64,000 nt of DNA from Candidatus Omnitrophota bacterium (GTDB lineage Bacteria > Omnitrophota > Gorgyraeia > JACQQV01). Made by a program: the position numbers and the translations under genes. Below, piece after piece: positions 53,555 through 64,000 of the stretch; position 1 is the stretch's first letter, and each line of letters begins with the position of its first letter. Location: contig JACQQV010000039.1 in the NCBI GenBank assembly GCA_016206785.1, positions 5,978 through 69,977 on the forward strand, read 5' to 3'. The notes below the pieces were generated by a model. That model was not told the origin of the DNA and did not search any database. It saw only the letters and a program-made list of their open reading frames with translations.

Positions 53555-54418
53555 TTAACGCAAGAACGTTAAATTTTGTTTTGCGGCATCGGCCCAGTAA
53601 GAACTCCGAACAAAGGGGCCTGAAAAAACATAAGAAAAACCAAGCGCATATGCTTTTTCTTCATAAGATTGGAACTTCTCGGGTGGAATAAATTCCGCCA
53701 CAGCTAAATTATGCTCATCCGATTGGAGATATTGTCCAATCGTCAACATTTCGCAACAGCTCTCACGAAGATCTTTGAGGGTCTGAAGGACCTCCTCTTC
53801 TTCTTCCCCTACCCCCACCATCAGTCCACTTTTGGTCCAGATCCGCGGCGAGAGGACCTTCACCTGCCGAAGTATTTCCAGAGACCGTTCATACCGCGCA
53901 TAGGGACGGAGCTTCCTCTGCAACCGCTTGACTGTCTCGAGGTTGTGGTTGTAAATCTGGGGTCCTGCTTGGACCACGCGTTCAATCGCGGTGAGTTCCC
54001 CATGAAAATCGGGGGTGAGGACTTCCACCGTGACTTCGGGAAACTCCCGATGGATGGCGGTGATGACCTTTGCAAATTGGATCGATCCGCCATCTTCAAG
54101 ATCGTCCCTCGCCGGAGACGTAATCACAGCATGGGAAAGTTTCATCCGACGGATCGCCTCTACGATCCGTTCCGGTTCACTTTCCTCCGGGAAAGACGGT
54201 ATCCCACGCGGAATCGCACAAAAGGTACACCGCCGGGTACAGATCTCTCCCAAAATCATGAAGGTGGCTCGGTGACGAGAGAAGCACTCCAATAAATTGG
54301 GGCACCGTGCACTCTCACAAACCGTATTAATCCTCAGATCTTTGAGGATTTCACGGGTGAAGTGGGTATTTTCAATCCGCTTCCGAAGCCACGTTGGAAA
54401 ATGTGTTCCGGTGGTCAA
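53555..54418 (-). CDS. lipA: Lipoyl synthase
   Basis: CESARCPNLLEC, CTRRCTFC, NHNLETV, GQYL, RSSY; likely TTG start at 54418. Confidence 0.95.
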   Translation of the reverse strand: MTTGTHFPTWLRKRIENTHFTREILKDLRINTVCESARCPNLLECFSRHRATFMILGEICTRRCTFCAIPRGIPSFPEESEPERIVEAIRRMKLSHAVITSPARDDLEDGGSIQFAKVITAIHREFPEVTVEVLTPDFHGELTAIERVVQAGPQIYNHNLETVKRLQRKLRPYARYERSLEILRQVKVLSPRIWTKSGLMVGVGEEEEEVLQTLKDLRESCCEMLTIGQYLQSDEHNLAVAEFIPPEKFQSYEEKAYALGFSYVFSGPFVRSSYWADAAKQNLTFLR

Positions 54419-54432
54419 TCCCTTTTCCTTTA

Positions 54433-54461
54433 CCCCGTTAGAGATTTCATCTCTAACGGGG
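54433..54461. repeat. 13-bp-stem palindrome CCCCGTTAGAGAT-ttc-ATCTCTAACGGGG at the lpdA/lipA junction
   Basis: Exact inverted repeat read from the sequence; contains the lpdA stop codon. Confidence 0.75.
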
Positions 54462-55745
54462 CTTACAGATAAAATCCAAAGCCGCTTCCCGCACCGTCTC
54501 AGAGACGGTCGGATGAGGATGGATCGTCTCCGCGAGCTGGCGGAGAGTTCCGTGTGTCTGGAGAAGGAGGGTAAGTTCTGCAATGAGTTCCGTCACCTGT
54601 GGGCCCAAAAGGTGGGCTCCCAGGAACTCACCCGTTTCTCCATCGCCCACCAGCTTCACAAACCCGAGTTTTTCCTCTAAGATATGGGCCTTTGCCGAGG
54701 CAAGAAAGGAGGAGCGTCCCACGAAAACCTCTTTCCGTTTTTCTCTGGCCTTCTTCTCCGTCAGGCCGACCTGCGCCACCTCGGGAATGGTGAAAACACA
54801 TTCAGGAATGGCACGACCTTCCATCGTTTTATCTGTCTTGCCTGCCATATGGTCCACGGCGATCTCTGCTTGATAGCTCGCCACATGGGCGAGGAGCGAT
54901 TTCCCGGTCACATCCCCAACTGCATAAATGGAGGAGACCGCGGTTCGCATGAAAGGATCCACCTCGACGGACCCGTCCGGAAGAAGAATTCCCAAGTTGC
55001 GGCCGAGGGCTTCGCTATTGGGCAAACGACCGATACTCACAAGGATTTTTTCTGCGGTCCCTTTTTGAAGAGAAGTCACTTTCTCTCCCACCTTGACCTC
55101 CATTCCTTCGCGGACAAAAATTTTTTTTAATTCTTCAGAAATGGTCTCATCGCTTGCCGGGAGGAGTTGAGAGGTCGCTTCTAAAAGGGTGACGTGAGTT
55201 CCGAGCGCATGGTATAAGCTTGCAAATTCGCACCCTGTAGGGCCTGCACCGATAATCACAAGTCTTTCGGGGATTTCGTGAAGCCCCAAAAGGTCGTCGC
55301 TGGTTAAAATCTGTTTCCCATCGAAAGGGGCCCCGGGCAGTTCTTTGGGCCTACTCCCTGTGGCAATCAAGATAAATCGTGTCTTAATCTCTTTCCCATT
55401 CACACGAAGAAGATGTTCGCGAAGGAGTTCTCCCCTGCCGTGGACCATTGCAACCCCACTTTTCCGAAGGGTGGATTCCATTCCCGAGTGAAGCCGAGAA
55501 ACAACTTCACTTTTCCTTCGCAGCATCCCTTGGAAGACTTTTGCCCTTTCCTTTCCGACGCTGTTTTTCTTCAAAAAAAGAACGTCGGTGAGGAGACACT
55601 TGGTGGGAATGCATCCCCGGTGAAGACAGACACCTCCCACTTCTTCTTTTTCAATGAGAAATGTTTTGAAGCCGTACTCGCGGGCCCTGAGGGCGGCTCT
55701 AAACCCGGCCGGCCCCCCACCGAGAATGGTCAGATCTGCTTCCAC
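54453..55745 (-). CDS. lpdA: Dihydrolipoyl dehydrogenase
   Basis: GGGPAG, GGVCLHRGCIPTK, GAGPTG.E, GDV, HPHPTVSE. Confidence 0.92.
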   Translation of the reverse strand: MEADLTILGGGPAGFRAALRAREYGFKTFLIEKEEVGGVCLHRGCIPTKCLLTDVLFLKKNSVGKERAKVFQGMLRRKSEVVSRLHSGMESTLRKSGVAMVHGRGELLREHLLRVNGKEIKTRFILIATGSRPKELPGAPFDGKQILTSDDLLGLHEIPERLVIIGAGPTGCEFASLYHALGTHVTLLEATSQLLPASDETISEELKKIFVREGMEVKVGEKVTSLQKGTAEKILVSIGRLPNSEALGRNLGILLPDGSVEVDPFMRTAVSSIYAVGDVTGKSLLAHVASYQAEIAVDHMAGKTDKTMEGRAIPECVFTIPEVAQVGLTEKKAREKRKEVFVGRSSFLASAKAHILEEKLGFVKLVGDGETGEFLGAHLLGPQVTELIAELTLLLQTHGTLRQLAETIHPHPTVSETVREAALDFICKPR

Positions 55746-55752
55746 GGCGTCC

Positions 55753-56802
55753 TCAAAGGCTATTGAATTCCTCCATATCTTTTACCCGGTCACGAACCGC
55801 CTCGAGTGACACAATGCCCCGGCGGTAAAGATCCTTTAAGGACCTGTCCATGCTTTGCATGCCGAACGAGGATCCTGTTTGAATCAGGGTTGGAATCTGT
55901 TCGGATTCCCTTTCACGGATAAGGTTTCGGACTGCGGAAGTGGCGGCCATCACTTCACACGCCACCACCCTCCCCCTCCCTTTGGTAGTGGGGAGGAGCT
56001 GCTGTGAGACAACAGCCTGAAGGGTTCCCGCAAGCTGAATGCGGACCTGTTGTTGCTGGTGAGGCGGAAAGACGTCAATAATGCGGTCTACCGTTTGCAC
56101 GGCATCAGGGGTGTGTAAGGTTGCAAGGACAAGATGCCCTGTTTCCGCAGCGGTGAGTGCCGTTGCAATCGTCTCAAGATCCCGCATCTCACCCACCACC
56201 ACCACATTAGGATCCTGTCTTAAAACATGTTTGAGAGCCGATGCGAAGGAATGGGTATCTGCAAACACCTCCCGCTGTTTAATGACACTGCGTTTGTTGT
56301 GATGGACATACTCGATGGGATCTTCGATACTGACGATGAGAAACTGCTTCTCTGTGTTGATAAGATCCACTATCGCGGCAAGGGTGGTCGTTTTTCCAAC
56401 CCCTGTGGGCCCGGTCACTAACACAAGACCGTTCGGCTTCCGTGCAAATTCTGCCACAATGGGCGGAAGACCAAGCTCCGCAAGCGTTGGAATGTGGGAC
56501 GGGACGACACGCATGGCCGCCTCAACACTCGAACGTTGCTGGTGGACATTCACCCGGAAGCGACTTAAGGCCGGCACGGTAAAAGAGAAATCGAGTTCCA
56601 ATTCTTCTTCAAATTGTTGTTTCTGTCGGTCGTTCAAGAGGCCATAGATGATGCGCTTGGTTTCTTCCGGAGTCAAGACTTCCAACGTCGTTGCCTCCAA
56701 TTTACCGTCGATGCGTAAAATCGGGGAAGACTTTGCGGTCAGGTGAACGTCGGAGGCCCCTTTGTTGACGGCGTATCTGAGGAGTTCTTTAATGTCGATC
56801 AA
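55753..56802 (-). CDS. pilT: Type IV pilus retraction ATPase PilT
   Basis: ASDVH, GPTGVGKTT, EDPIE, LRQDP, GEMRD, ETGHLV..TLHT, AVRNLIRE. Confidence 0.93.
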   Translation of the reverse strand: MIDIKELLRYAVNKGASDVHLTAKSSPILRIDGKLEATTLEVLTPEETKRIIYGLLNDRQKQQFEEELELDFSFTVPALSRFRVNVHQQRSSVEAAMRVVPSHIPTLAELGLPPIVAEFARKPNGLVLVTGPTGVGKTTTLAAIVDLINTEKQFLIVSIEDPIEYVHHNKRSVIKQREVFADTHSFASALKHVLRQDPNVVVVGEMRDLETIATALTAAETGHLVLATLHTPDAVQTVDRIIDVFPPHQQQQVRIQLAGTLQAVVSQQLLPTTKGRGRVVACEVMAATSAVRNLIRERESEQIPTLIQTGSSFGMQSMDRSLKDLYRRGIVSLEAVRDRVKDMEEFNSL

Positions 56803-57964
56803 ACTGTTTCACCCATTGTGCAATGTTACGGAGTCCTTCGTCGATCTTCTCCTGTGAGGTTGCGAAACTGAATCGTAGGTAACCCTCCATCCCAAACCCT
56901 TCGCCTGGAATGGTCGCGACCCGAGCCTCATCCAAGAAACGATTCGCCAACTCGGAGGAGGATAACCCAAAGGAGGAGACGTCACAAAAAATATAAAACG
57001 CCCCTTCAGGCCGAATGGGCTTTAATCCCTGTAAGTCCTTAAGACCATTATACAACCTGTCCCGCCTTTTTTCGAATTCCCTGGCCATCTGGGTTACATC
57101 CGACTGATCCCCTGTTAAGGCTGCCAACGCCGCTTTTTGACTTAAGGAAGTGGGGTTTGAGGTGGAATGGCTTTGGAGTTTTCCAACCGCCTCTGCAATC
57201 TCCAGGGGGGCTCCACAGTAGCCAATGCGGAAACCGGTCATGGCATAGGCCTTCGAGACGCCATTGACTGTTGCAGTCCGTTCCATGATTTCTTTTCCAA
57301 AGGAAGCGATCGCATAATGTTTTTTCCCGTCAAAAATCAGTTTTTCATAAATTTCGTCGCTGATCACAAAAAGGTTCCTCAAAAGAGCGAGGTCTGCAAT
57401 TTCTTCTAATTCCTTTTTATCATAAACACTCCCTGTTGGATTGGCCGGGCTGTTTAAGATAAGAACCTTTGTTTTTGGGGTCCAATGGCGTTCTATCTCC
57501 TTGCGGGTCAGGCGGAAGGAATGGTTCGCTTCTGTGGGGGCCATGACAGGAATTCCCCCTGCCAAACGGACCAATTCCGGATAACTCACCCAGTAGGGGG
57601 AGCCGAAAAGGACCTCATCTCCTTTGTTGCAGAGTACCTGGAGAAGATTATAAAGAGAATGTTTTGCCCCGCAAGAAACCACAATTTGGGAGGGGGTATA
57701 GGAGATCTGGTTATCCCGTTTAAATTTATCGACGATCGCTTCCTTGAGTTCCGGGATACCGGTCGATGGGGTATAGCGGGTAAATCCCTCTTCAAGTGCA
57801 CGGACGGTGGCTTGTCTTATAAAGGGAGGGGTCGGAAAATCAGGCTCGCCGGCTGCAAAATTGACAATCTCGATTCCTTTTTTCTTTAAGGCATTGGCAC
57901 GGGCAGTCATGTCAAGGGTGAGAGAAGAGGAAAGACCTTCAAGACGATCCGAGAGTCTGAGCAT
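56789..57964 (-). CDS. aspC: Aspartate aminotransferase (class I)
   Basis: GEPDF.TP, GAKH, PYWVSY, NSP.NPTG, SDEIY, SK.YAMTG.R.G. Confidence 0.9.
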   Translation of the reverse strand: MLRLSDRLEGLSSSLTLDMTARANALKKKGIEIVNFAAGEPDFPTPPFIRQATVRALEEGFTRYTPSTGIPELKEAIVDKFKRDNQISYTPSQIVVSCGAKHSLYNLLQVLCNKGDEVLFGSPYWVSYPELVRLAGGIPVMAPTEANHSFRLTRKEIERHWTPKTKVLILNSPANPTGSVYDKKELEEIADLALLRNLFVISDEIYEKLIFDGKKHYAIASFGKEIMERTATVNGVSKAYAMTGFRIGYCGAPLEIAEAVGKLQSHSTSNPTSLSQKAALAALTGDQSDVTQMAREFEKRRDRLYNGLKDLQGLKPIRPEGAFYIFCDVSSFGLSSSELANRFLDEARVATIPGEGFGMEGYLRFSFATSQEKIDEGLRNIAQWVKQFDRH

Positions 57965-57976
57965 CGCACATCCTTT

Positions 57977-58531
57977 TTAAGACCGATCTTTCGGTTTCAG
58001 AAACTTCCGAAGGCTTGCAAGAAAGCCACTCGGTTTTTCGGCCTTCGGCGGCTTCTCAGGTGGTGCAGAAACGCCTGGCACCTCTTCTTTCGGGGAAGGG
58101 GCCTCGGTCTTTTTTGCCTTTGTCTTTTTGGATTCCTCTTTGGGGGATTCCCTTTTTTCCTTTTTCGGCTTGACCTTTCTCTCTAAAAGTTCAAGGAGGG
58201 CAAGTTCTGCCCCATCGCCCGGACGCACCCGGCTCCGGAGGAGTCGGGTGTACCCTCCCCGATGGGTCTTAAAAAGAGGGGCCACTTCTTTAAAAAGATA
58301 AGAAGTGGTTTCCGCGTTCCCCAATGCCTGGAGGGCACGGCGATACGAGAAGAGGTCTCCTCGAACCCCAAACTGGATGAGCCGGTCGACGAATCGACGG
58401 GCATCCTTGGCCTTGGGGAGGGTGGTCTCGATCCTCCCATTCAGGATGAGCGCCGTTGCAAGATGCCGAACGAGCGCGTCTCGCTCCCCCTTGGCCCGAC
58501 CAAAACGCCGATTACTTCTACGATGTCTCAC
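57977..58531 (-). CDS. rplQ: 50S ribosomal protein L17 with C-terminal extension
   Basis: MRHR, IETT..KAK, GGYTR, R.GDGA. Confidence 0.96.
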   Translation of the reverse strand: MRHRRSNRRFGRAKGERDALVRHLATALILNGRIETTLPKAKDARRFVDRLIQFGVRGDLFSYRRALQALGNAETTSYLFKEVAPLFKTHRGGYTRLLRSRVRPGDGAELALLELLERKVKPKKEKRESPKEESKKTKAKKTEAPSPKEEVPGVSAPPEKPPKAEKPSGFLASLRKFLKPKDRS

Positions 58532-59519
58532 GTTCCTCTTCTTCTTTCTTCGGTCGCTTGGGGAGTTTCATCCCAAGGGAAAGGCCCATCGCGTTGAGGA
58601 CCTCATTGATCTCCGCGAGGGACTTTTTCCCAAAGTTCCGGAACTTCAGCATGTCCGACTCTGTTCGACGCACCAGCTGTTCAATGGTTTTTATCTTTTC
58701 GGCGCGCAGACAATTTGCACTACGGACAGAAAGTTCAAGTTCGGAAACGGGTTGTTTCAATTTCTCCCAAAGTTCCACATCCTCCTGCGCCTCTTCAACC
58801 TTTTCTTCCTCGGGAAGCCTCCCAAAGTTCACAAAAATATCCAAGTGTCTCTGGAAAATATTGGAGGCGTAGAGCAGGGCATCTTTGGGAGAGACACTCC
58901 CATTGGTCCAGATCTCCAGAATCAGTTTGTCATAGTCTGTGATCTGTCCTACGCGGGTGTTCTCCACAAGAAAATTCACCTTCCTCACCGGTGTGAAAAT
59001 AGAATCGATGGGAATCGTTCCAATCGGGCTTCCCTCGTTTTTATTTCTTTCAGCAGGGACATAACCCCGTCCACGCGTTACGGTCATCGTCATGTTGAAC
59101 TTCGCATTTTTGGTAAGCGTCGCAATATGCAAATCGGGGTTGATCACTTCAATCGTATCATCATGAACAATGTCTTTTGCCGTGACTTCTCCCTTTTTCT
59201 CGGTCTGAATGGTGATTTCCTTGGCCCCTGAAGTGTGAGAACGAAGAATCAAATTCTTCAGGTTTAGGATGATTTCACTCACGTCCTCATAAACACCAGT
59301 GATTGAGGAAAATTCATGCAGCACCCCTTCAATTTTGACATTGGTTACAGCCGCTCCCTCGATCGAGGAGATAAGGATCCGTCGCAAGGAATTCCCAATG
59401 GTCATCCCATATCCTCGCTCAAAAGGTTCTGCAACAAATTTACCGTAGGTATTGCTCACCGATTGCTCATCGCACTCAAGGCGCTTCGGCATTTCAAATC
59501 CCTTCCACGCTGTTCCCAT
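58518..59519 (-). CDS. rpoA: RNA polymerase alpha subunit
   Basis: [39 protein letters not shown]. Confidence 0.98.
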   Translation of the reverse strand: MGTAWKGFEMPKRLECDEQSVSNTYGKFVAEPFERGYGMTIGNSLRRILISSIEGAAVTNVKIEGVLHEFSSITGVYEDVSEIILNLKNLILRSHTSGAKEITIQTEKKGEVTAKDIVHDDTIEVINPDLHIATLTKNAKFNMTMTVTRGRGYVPAERNKNEGSPIGTIPIDSIFTPVRKVNFLVENTRVGQITDYDKLILEIWTNGSVSPKDALLYASNIFQRHLDIFVNFGRLPEEEKVEEAQEDVELWEKLKQPVSELELSVRSANCLRAEKIKTIEQLVRRTESDMLKFRNFGKKSLAEINEVLNAMGLSLGMKLPKRPKKEEEERETS

Positions 59520-59557
59520 TCCCTTCCCCTCCTTAAGGTCTTTCAAACCCTCGCCAC

Positions 59558-60184
59558 TTACTTTGAATAGAGTTCTACAATAAGTTGTTCTTTGATTGGA
59601 AGCAATGCATCACTTTTTTCAGGAAGACGCGCAATGGTCCCTACCAGATGCTCGGGGTCAACCTTGAGCCAATGGGGTCGCTCACGTTCTTTGGTGGCTT
59701 CTAATGTCTCGTGGACCCTTTGCCGGATTCTGTCCTGCCCTTGAACCCCAATACGGCTTCCCACCTGCACGAAATAAGAGGGGAGATCAACTTTTTGATC
59801 ATTCACCGTGATCGCCCCATGACGAACCATTTCCCGTGCATGGGCCCTTGAGGTTGCAAATCCCAAACGGAAGACGACATTGTCTAAACGCCTTTCCAGA
59901 AGTTGCAGAAGCACATCGCCGGTAATCCCTTTTGAGCGGGAAGCGATACGGAAATAATGTTTAAATTGCCGTTCGAGAACGCCGTAGATTCTCTTAAGCT
60001 TCTGCTTTTCTCGAAGTTGAATCCCGTAGTTCGACAGTTTGACCCGGCCCTTCCCATGCTGTCCAGGGGCAAAGGCCCGGCGTGCCACAGGGCATTTGGG
60101 AGTAGTGCATTTAGCCCCTTTTAAAAATAATTTGATCCCTTCTCGCCGACAGAGCCTGCAGGAAGGTCCTAAATACCTTGACAT
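59558..60184 (-). CDS. rpsD: 30S ribosomal protein S4 (Zn-binding form)
   Basis: [33 protein letters not shown]. Confidence 0.98.
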   Translation of the reverse strand: MSRYLGPSCRLCRREGIKLFLKGAKCTTPKCPVARRAFAPGQHGKGRVKLSNYGIQLREKQKLKRIYGVLERQFKHYFRIASRSKGITGDVLLQLLERRLDNVVFRLGFATSRAHAREMVRHGAITVNDQKVDLPSYFVQVGSRIGVQGQDRIRQRVHETLEATKERERPHWLKVDPEHLVGTIARLPEKSDALLPIKEQLIVELYSK

Positions 60185-60199
60185 CCTGACTCCTTTTCT

Positions 60200-60643
60200 T
60201 TAGACACGACGCCGCTTAGGCGGACGACAACCGTTGTGAGGGATCGGCGTAACGTCACGGATCACATGAATCGTGAGTCCCGCCCCTTGAAGGGCCCGAA
60301 CGGCAGACTCCCGTCCGGATCCGGGTCCCTTGATATAGACCTCAATGTTTTTCATGCCATGCTCCATCGCCTTCCGGGCCGCATTTTCAGCAGCAACCTG
60401 CGCCGCAAAAGGGGTCGCCTTCTTTGAACCGCTGAAGCCGACCACCCCGGTGCTGGACCAGGCGATGGTGTTTCCTTGCCGATCGGTGATGGTAACGATG
60501 GTATTGTTGAAGCTCGCTTGGATGTGTGCAATGCCCGTCGTTATATTCTTTGTTTTCTTGCGGGGCCCTTTTGGTTTTTCCTCCGGTCGTGCACCCGCTT
60601 CTGCTTTATTCTCCGCGTTCTTTTCCTTAGACTCTTCCGCCAT
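60200..60643 (-). CDS. rpsK: 30S ribosomal protein S11
   Basis: [38 protein letters not shown]. Confidence 0.98.
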   Translation of the reverse strand: MAEESKEKNAENKAEAGARPEEKPKGPRKKTKNITTGIAHIQASFNNTIVTITDRQGNTIAWSSTGVVGFSGSKKATPFAAQVAAENAARKAMEHGMKNIEVYIKGPGSGRESAVRALQGAGLTIHVIRDVTPIPHNGCRPPKRRRV

Positions 60644-60645
60644 GG

Positions 60646-61023
60646 TTATACTTCCTTTTTCCGTACTGCACCGATCGTCTTGCGGGGACCTTTCCGTGTC
60701 CGGGCATTGGTCCGTGTCCGCTGTCCACGGACAGGAAGTCCCTTCCGATGTCGGATCCCGCGGTAACTTCCGATTTCAGAGAGACGTCGGAGATTCTCCG
60801 TGATCTCCCGACGCAGATCCCCCTCCACCTTGTAATCCTTTTGGATAATAGAAGTAATTTTGGAGACCTCTTCTTCGGTGAGATCCTTGGCGCGGGTAGC
60901 GGGGTTGACTCCCGCTGTACCCAGGATCTTTTTTGCATTATTCTGCCCGATCCCGTAAATATAACAGAGTGAAAATGCGATCTTTTTTTCCTTTGGGATA
61001 TCTACCCCCACAATACGAGGCAC
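60646..61023 (-). CDS. rpsM: 30S ribosomal protein S13
   Basis: [41 protein letters not shown]. Confidence 0.98.
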   Translation of the reverse strand: MPRIVGVDIPKEKKIAFSLCYIYGIGQNNAKKILGTAGVNPATRAKDLTEEEVSKITSIIQKDYKVEGDLRREITENLRRLSEIGSYRGIRHRKGLPVRGQRTRTNARTRKGPRKTIGAVRKKEV

Positions 61024-61035
61024 AACACTCCTCCT

Positions 61036-61149
61036 TTATCCTTGTCGCTGTTTATGCTTGGGATTCGAGCAGATAACCCGCACGACTCCCTTCCGTTTTA
61101 CAATCTTGCACTTGTCGCACATCCTGCGAACGCTTGATCGAACCTTCAC
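61036..61149 (-). CDS. rpmJ: 50S ribosomal protein L36 (37 aa, not in ORF track)
   Basis: [37 protein letters not shown]. Confidence 0.97.
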   Translation of the reverse strand: MKVRSSVRRMCDKCKIVKRKGVVRVICSNPKHKQRQG

Positions 61150-61158
61150 CATTTTCTC

Positions 61159-61380
61159 CTATTTGGTCCGGAACGTGATGCGCCCTCTCGAAAGGTCATA
61201 GGGAGAGAGCTCCACCTTTACTTTATCGCCGGGGAGAATGCGAATGAAATTCATACGCATCTTTCCTGAAATATGGGCCAGGATCTTGTGACCATTCTCA
61301 AGCTCGACCCGAAACGTTGCATTGGGAAGGGTCTCAAGAACCGTTCCTTCTACCTCAATAGGTTCTTCTTTAGGTGCCAC
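61159..61380 (-). CDS. infA: Translation initiation factor IF-1
   Basis: [31 protein letters not shown]. Confidence 0.98.
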   Translation of the reverse strand: MAPKEEPIEVEGTVLETLPNATFRVELENGHKILAHISGKMRMNFIRILPGDKVKVELSPYDLSRGRITFRTK

Positions 61381-62120
61381 GCTGTTAAGATCTCCGGTTC
61401 CTTTTCGTCGATGGACACGGTATGTTCAAAGTGACACGACCTTTTCCGGTCCTTCGTGATCACGGTCCAACCATCCGGCAAGATCTCCACCTCATAGGTT
61501 CCCACGTTGACCATCGGTTCGATGGCAAGAACCATTCCCTTTTTGAGAAGTATCCCCTGACGAGGCTCGCCGAAATTGGGAACCTGAGGGTCTTGATGCA
61601 TCTCGGACCCAATGCCGTGTCCGACAAAATCCCGTACCACCGAATAGCCGTTCGATTCCGCCACACGTTGAACGGCGGAGGAGATGTCGCCGATCCGGTT
61701 TCCGGCAACAGCCTTCTCAATTCCTGCAAACAAAGCCTGATGGGTCACTTCAAGAAGATGGCCTGTTTCTTCGTTGATCTGTCCCACCGGAAAGGTGACC
61801 GCGCTATCGCCGTAATAGCCGTGGAACCGGACGCCGACATCGATCCCAACAATATCCCCTTCCTCCAAAACACGCCGACCCGGAATCCCATGAACAACCT
61901 CTTCATTCACCGAAGCACAGATGGAAGCGGGATAACCCCGATACCCCTTAAACGCCGGTTCCCCTCCTAAGGCATAAATGGTTTTTTCTGCCCGTTCATT
62001 CAACTCCTGGGTCGTGACGCCCGGAGCAATTCTCTCTTCGATCTCTTGGAGAACGATCGAGACCATCCGACCCGCTTCTCGCATCGTGTCAATTTCACGG
62101 GACGATTTTAATTCAATCAC
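61350..62120 (-). CDS. map: Methionine aminopeptidase type I
   Basis: [33 protein letters not shown]; GTG start at 62120. Confidence 0.96.
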   Translation of the reverse strand: MIELKSSREIDTMREAGRMVSIVLQEIEERIAPGVTTQELNERAEKTIYALGGEPAFKGYRGYPASICASVNEEVVHGIPGRRVLEEGDIVGIDVGVRFHGYYGDSAVTFPVGQINEETGHLLEVTHQALFAGIEKAVAGNRIGDISSAVQRVAESNGYSVVRDFVGHGIGSEMHQDPQVPNFGEPRQGILLKKGMVLAIEPMVNVGTYEVEILPDGWTVITKDRKRSCHFEHTVSIDEKEPEILTAWHLKKNLLR

Positions 62121-62775
62121 GAATAAGATGTTCCTTTTTGAAAAGGGACACGAGTGCCTCTTGCCCCTCTTTGAGCTCAAGGTCCCCTGACACGACCCGC
62201 AGTTTCTTCGATTTTTTGTAATACCCGACCAGGCTTGCCGTTTCCTGTTCGTAAACCTTGAGCCGTTTCCGGACCGTTTCTTCCTTATCGTCTTCCCGCT
62301 GGAAGAGTGCGCCACCACACTGGTCGCAGGAGCCCTCTTTTCGAGGAGGAATATTCACAACGTGGTAGTTGGCACCGCATGTGTTGCAAACCCGCCGTCC
62401 CGCGAGTCTTGAAACGATTGTTTTTTCTTTCGTCTCAAAATAGACAATAAGATCAATCAGAACTCCCGTCTCCGAAAGGAGTTTATCAAGACTCTCCGCT
62501 TGCGTCTCGTTCCTCGGAAAGCCATCCAGGATGAATCCCCCCCGCGCATCGTCTGAGCCCATCCGTCCCGCGACCAGTCTTGTGACGATCTCATCCGGGA
62601 CAAGCTTTCCTTCCTGCATAAAGGTGCGGACCTGTTGCCCGATCGTGGAACCATTCCTCGAGACTTCTCGCAGAATGTCCCCCGTTGAAATGTGGGGGAT
62701 ATGATACCGTTCCGCCAAAAGCTTCGCCTGTGTTCCCTTTCCAGCCCCGGGGGGACCCAGAAAAATGATCTTCAT
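62113..62775 (-). CDS. adk: Adenylate kinase (Zn-LID type)
   Basis: GPPGAGKGT, STGD, LDGFPR, C..C...C..C LID, REDD. Confidence 0.97.
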   Translation of the reverse strand: MKIIFLGPPGAGKGTQAKLLAERYHIPHISTGDILREVSRNGSTIGQQVRTFMQEGKLVPDEIVTRLVAGRMGSDDARGGFILDGFPRNETQAESLDKLLSETGVLIDLIVYFETKEKTIVSRLAGRRVCNTCGANYHVVNIPPRKEGSCDQCGGALFQREDDKEETVRKRLKVYEQETASLVGYYKKSKKLRVVSGDLELKEGQEALVSLFKKEHLIRD

Positions 62776-64000
62776 CAGGCACGACGGGCTTTGAGGCGGC
62801 CGCTTTTCATAAACCCTTCATAATGGCGCATCAAAAGATGGGACTCCACCTGTTTCATGGTGTCCAACATGACCCCGACGATAATCAGAAGTCCTGTTCC
62901 ACCGAAGAAACTTGCCACAAGATACGGAATCTGAAATGAGGCGCCCACAAAATCTGGAAAAATGGCAATCAGCGTCAAAAAGAGCGCACCGGGCCACGTA
63001 ATCCGCGTAATGATGTAATCAAAATGTTCGGCCGTCGGTTTTCCGGGACGAACGCCCGGAACGAATCCCCCATATTTTTTCATGTTGTCGGCGAGGTCAA
63101 CGGGGTTTAACGTAATGGCAGTATAAAAGAACGAAAAGAAAATAATGAGAGCACTATAAAGAAGGGTATAGACCACCTGTCCCCTCAGAAGAAGTTGCGC
63201 AAACGATTGAAGACCTGGATGTGGGAGGAGACCGGCCATGGTCGCCGGAAAAAGAATGATCGATTGGGCAAAGATAATGGGGATGACTCCCGCTTGGTTG
63301 ATTCTCAGGGGGATGTAGGTGTTCTGGCCACCGTACACTTTTCGACCCACAATGCGTTTGGCATACTGAACAGGAATCTTTCGCGCCGCTTGAGTGATCA
63401 CAATAACCGCAACGATGACCGCAATCATCATCATCATCATTGAAATGAGTTTGAGCCCCGTCAGTTCCTGCTTGGTCACCAAGAAAAACAACTGAACGAT
63501 GGCGGTCGGAATCCGTGAGATGATCCCTACCGTAATGAGAAGCGACATCCCATTTCCAATTCCGTATTCCGTGATCTGCTCCCCCAACCACATGATAAAG
63601 GCGGTGCCGCTGGTGAGCGTTAACACTGTCAGTGCTCGGAAGCGCCATCCTGGATACTGCACAATCTGGAGCCCTCCAAAACGGGCCGGATCCTCAATCC
63701 ACAGACTGATAAAGAAGGATTGAATCAGAGCAAGGGCGACCGTCCCGTACCGCGTATATTGGGTGATCTTTCTTCGGCCGATCTCTCCTTCTTTCGCCAT
63801 TTTTTCAAGAGAGGGGATCACCGCGGTTAAAAGCTGTAAAATAATTGAAGAGGAGATATAAGGCATAATCCCCAAGGCAAAGATCGTGAGCCGTTCGACA
63901 GCCCCACCGCTAAACATGTTCATGATCCCAAAGAGCGTTCCTCCCTGAGTCTTTGCGAGTTCCTCAAAAAACTGTGCCAGTTTATTCCCATCAATTCCCG
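62775..64000 (-). CDS. secY: Preprotein translocase SecY (5' part outside window)
   Basis: LGIMPYI.SSII.QLL, WLGEQIT..GIGNG.S, GVIP.IFA, PG.RPG, GGT.LLI.VGV; frame open to the right edge. Confidence 0.97.
   Translation of the reverse strand, partial: GIDGNKLAQFFEELAKTQGGTLFGIMNMFSGGAVERLTIFALGIMPYISSSIILQLLTAVIPSLEKMAKEGEIGRRKITQYTRYGTVALALIQSFFISLWIEDPARFGGLQIVQYPGWRFRALTVLTLTSGTAFIMWLGEQITEYGIGNGMSLLITVGIISRIPTAIVQLFFLVTKQELTGLKLISMMMMMIAVIVAVIVITQAARKIPVQYAKRIVGRKVYGGQNTYIPLRINQAGVIPIIFAQSIILFPATMAGLLPHPGLQSFAQLLLRGQVVYTLLYSALIIFFSFFYTAITLNPVDLADNMKKYGGFVPGVRPGKPTAEHFDYIITRITWPGALFLTLIAIFPDFVGASFQIPYLVASFFGGTGLLIIVGVMLDTMKQVESHLLMRHYEGFMKSGRLKARRA

Noticed and set aside
53555-62318. Long N-terminal extensions of lipA and map in the ORF track (similarly accC, S2P and ogt elsewhere)
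   Set aside because: They overlap upstream genes; downstream starts match family N-termini, so they are not fusions or frameshifts
63426-63441. (ATG)5 run encoding MMMMM in SecY
   Set aside because: Short in-frame repeat within a TM helix of an essential gene; not a phase-variation tract
258-63723. Many plus-strand and alternate-frame ORFs (e.g. 58305-59231, 11854-12534, 26747-27385)
   Set aside because: They are shadows of well-supported minus-strand genes and show no family motifs
1-64000. CRISPR array, rRNA, integrase/transposase, prophage
   Set aside because: No regularly spaced repeats, rRNA motifs or recombinase/transposase-like ORFs were seen; tRNA-Gly has no adjacent integrase or visible duplicated 3' end

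Overview
Bacterial chromosomal window, most likely Omnitrophota (OP3) or another PVC-related lineage. The evidence is the PVC small basic signature protein, TIGR04073-like paralogues, and ExeA/PilT with several PilZ proteins. Almost all genes lie on the minus strand. From right to left the window holds: the end of the spc/alpha ribosomal operon (secY-adk-map-infA-rpmJ-rpsM-rpsK-rpsD-rpoA-rplQ); aspC-pilT-lpdA-lipA; a glycolipid/acyltransferase cluster; an M16 peptidase; aroQ-efp-accBC-amaP-PFK-gmhA-rfaE2-thiE-pfkB; tRNA-Gly(CCC); an nlpD-ATPase-HIT-dGTPase-HD-GYP-SPOR run; and aroB/htpX. A plus-strand exeAB pair follows, then a patch of small monocistronic genes, a two-subunit B12 acyl-CoA mutase, a lipid-scavenging operon headed by a cNMP-MinD-patatin fusion, and a c-di-GMP-I riboswitch upstream of an RHH-like gene and an exported protein. 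No CRISPR array, rRNA, integrase or transposase was seen. The main points of interest are: (1) a c-di-GMP riboswitch/RHH/TIGR04073 module; (2) a membrane-anchored degenerate-Mrr-PilZ fusion; (3) the cNMP-MinD-patatin lipolysis operon with an isobutyryl-CoA-type mutase nearby; (4) several small genes missed by the ORF track; (5) apparently leaderless transcripts. All family assignments come from motif recognition by eye; no database search was run.
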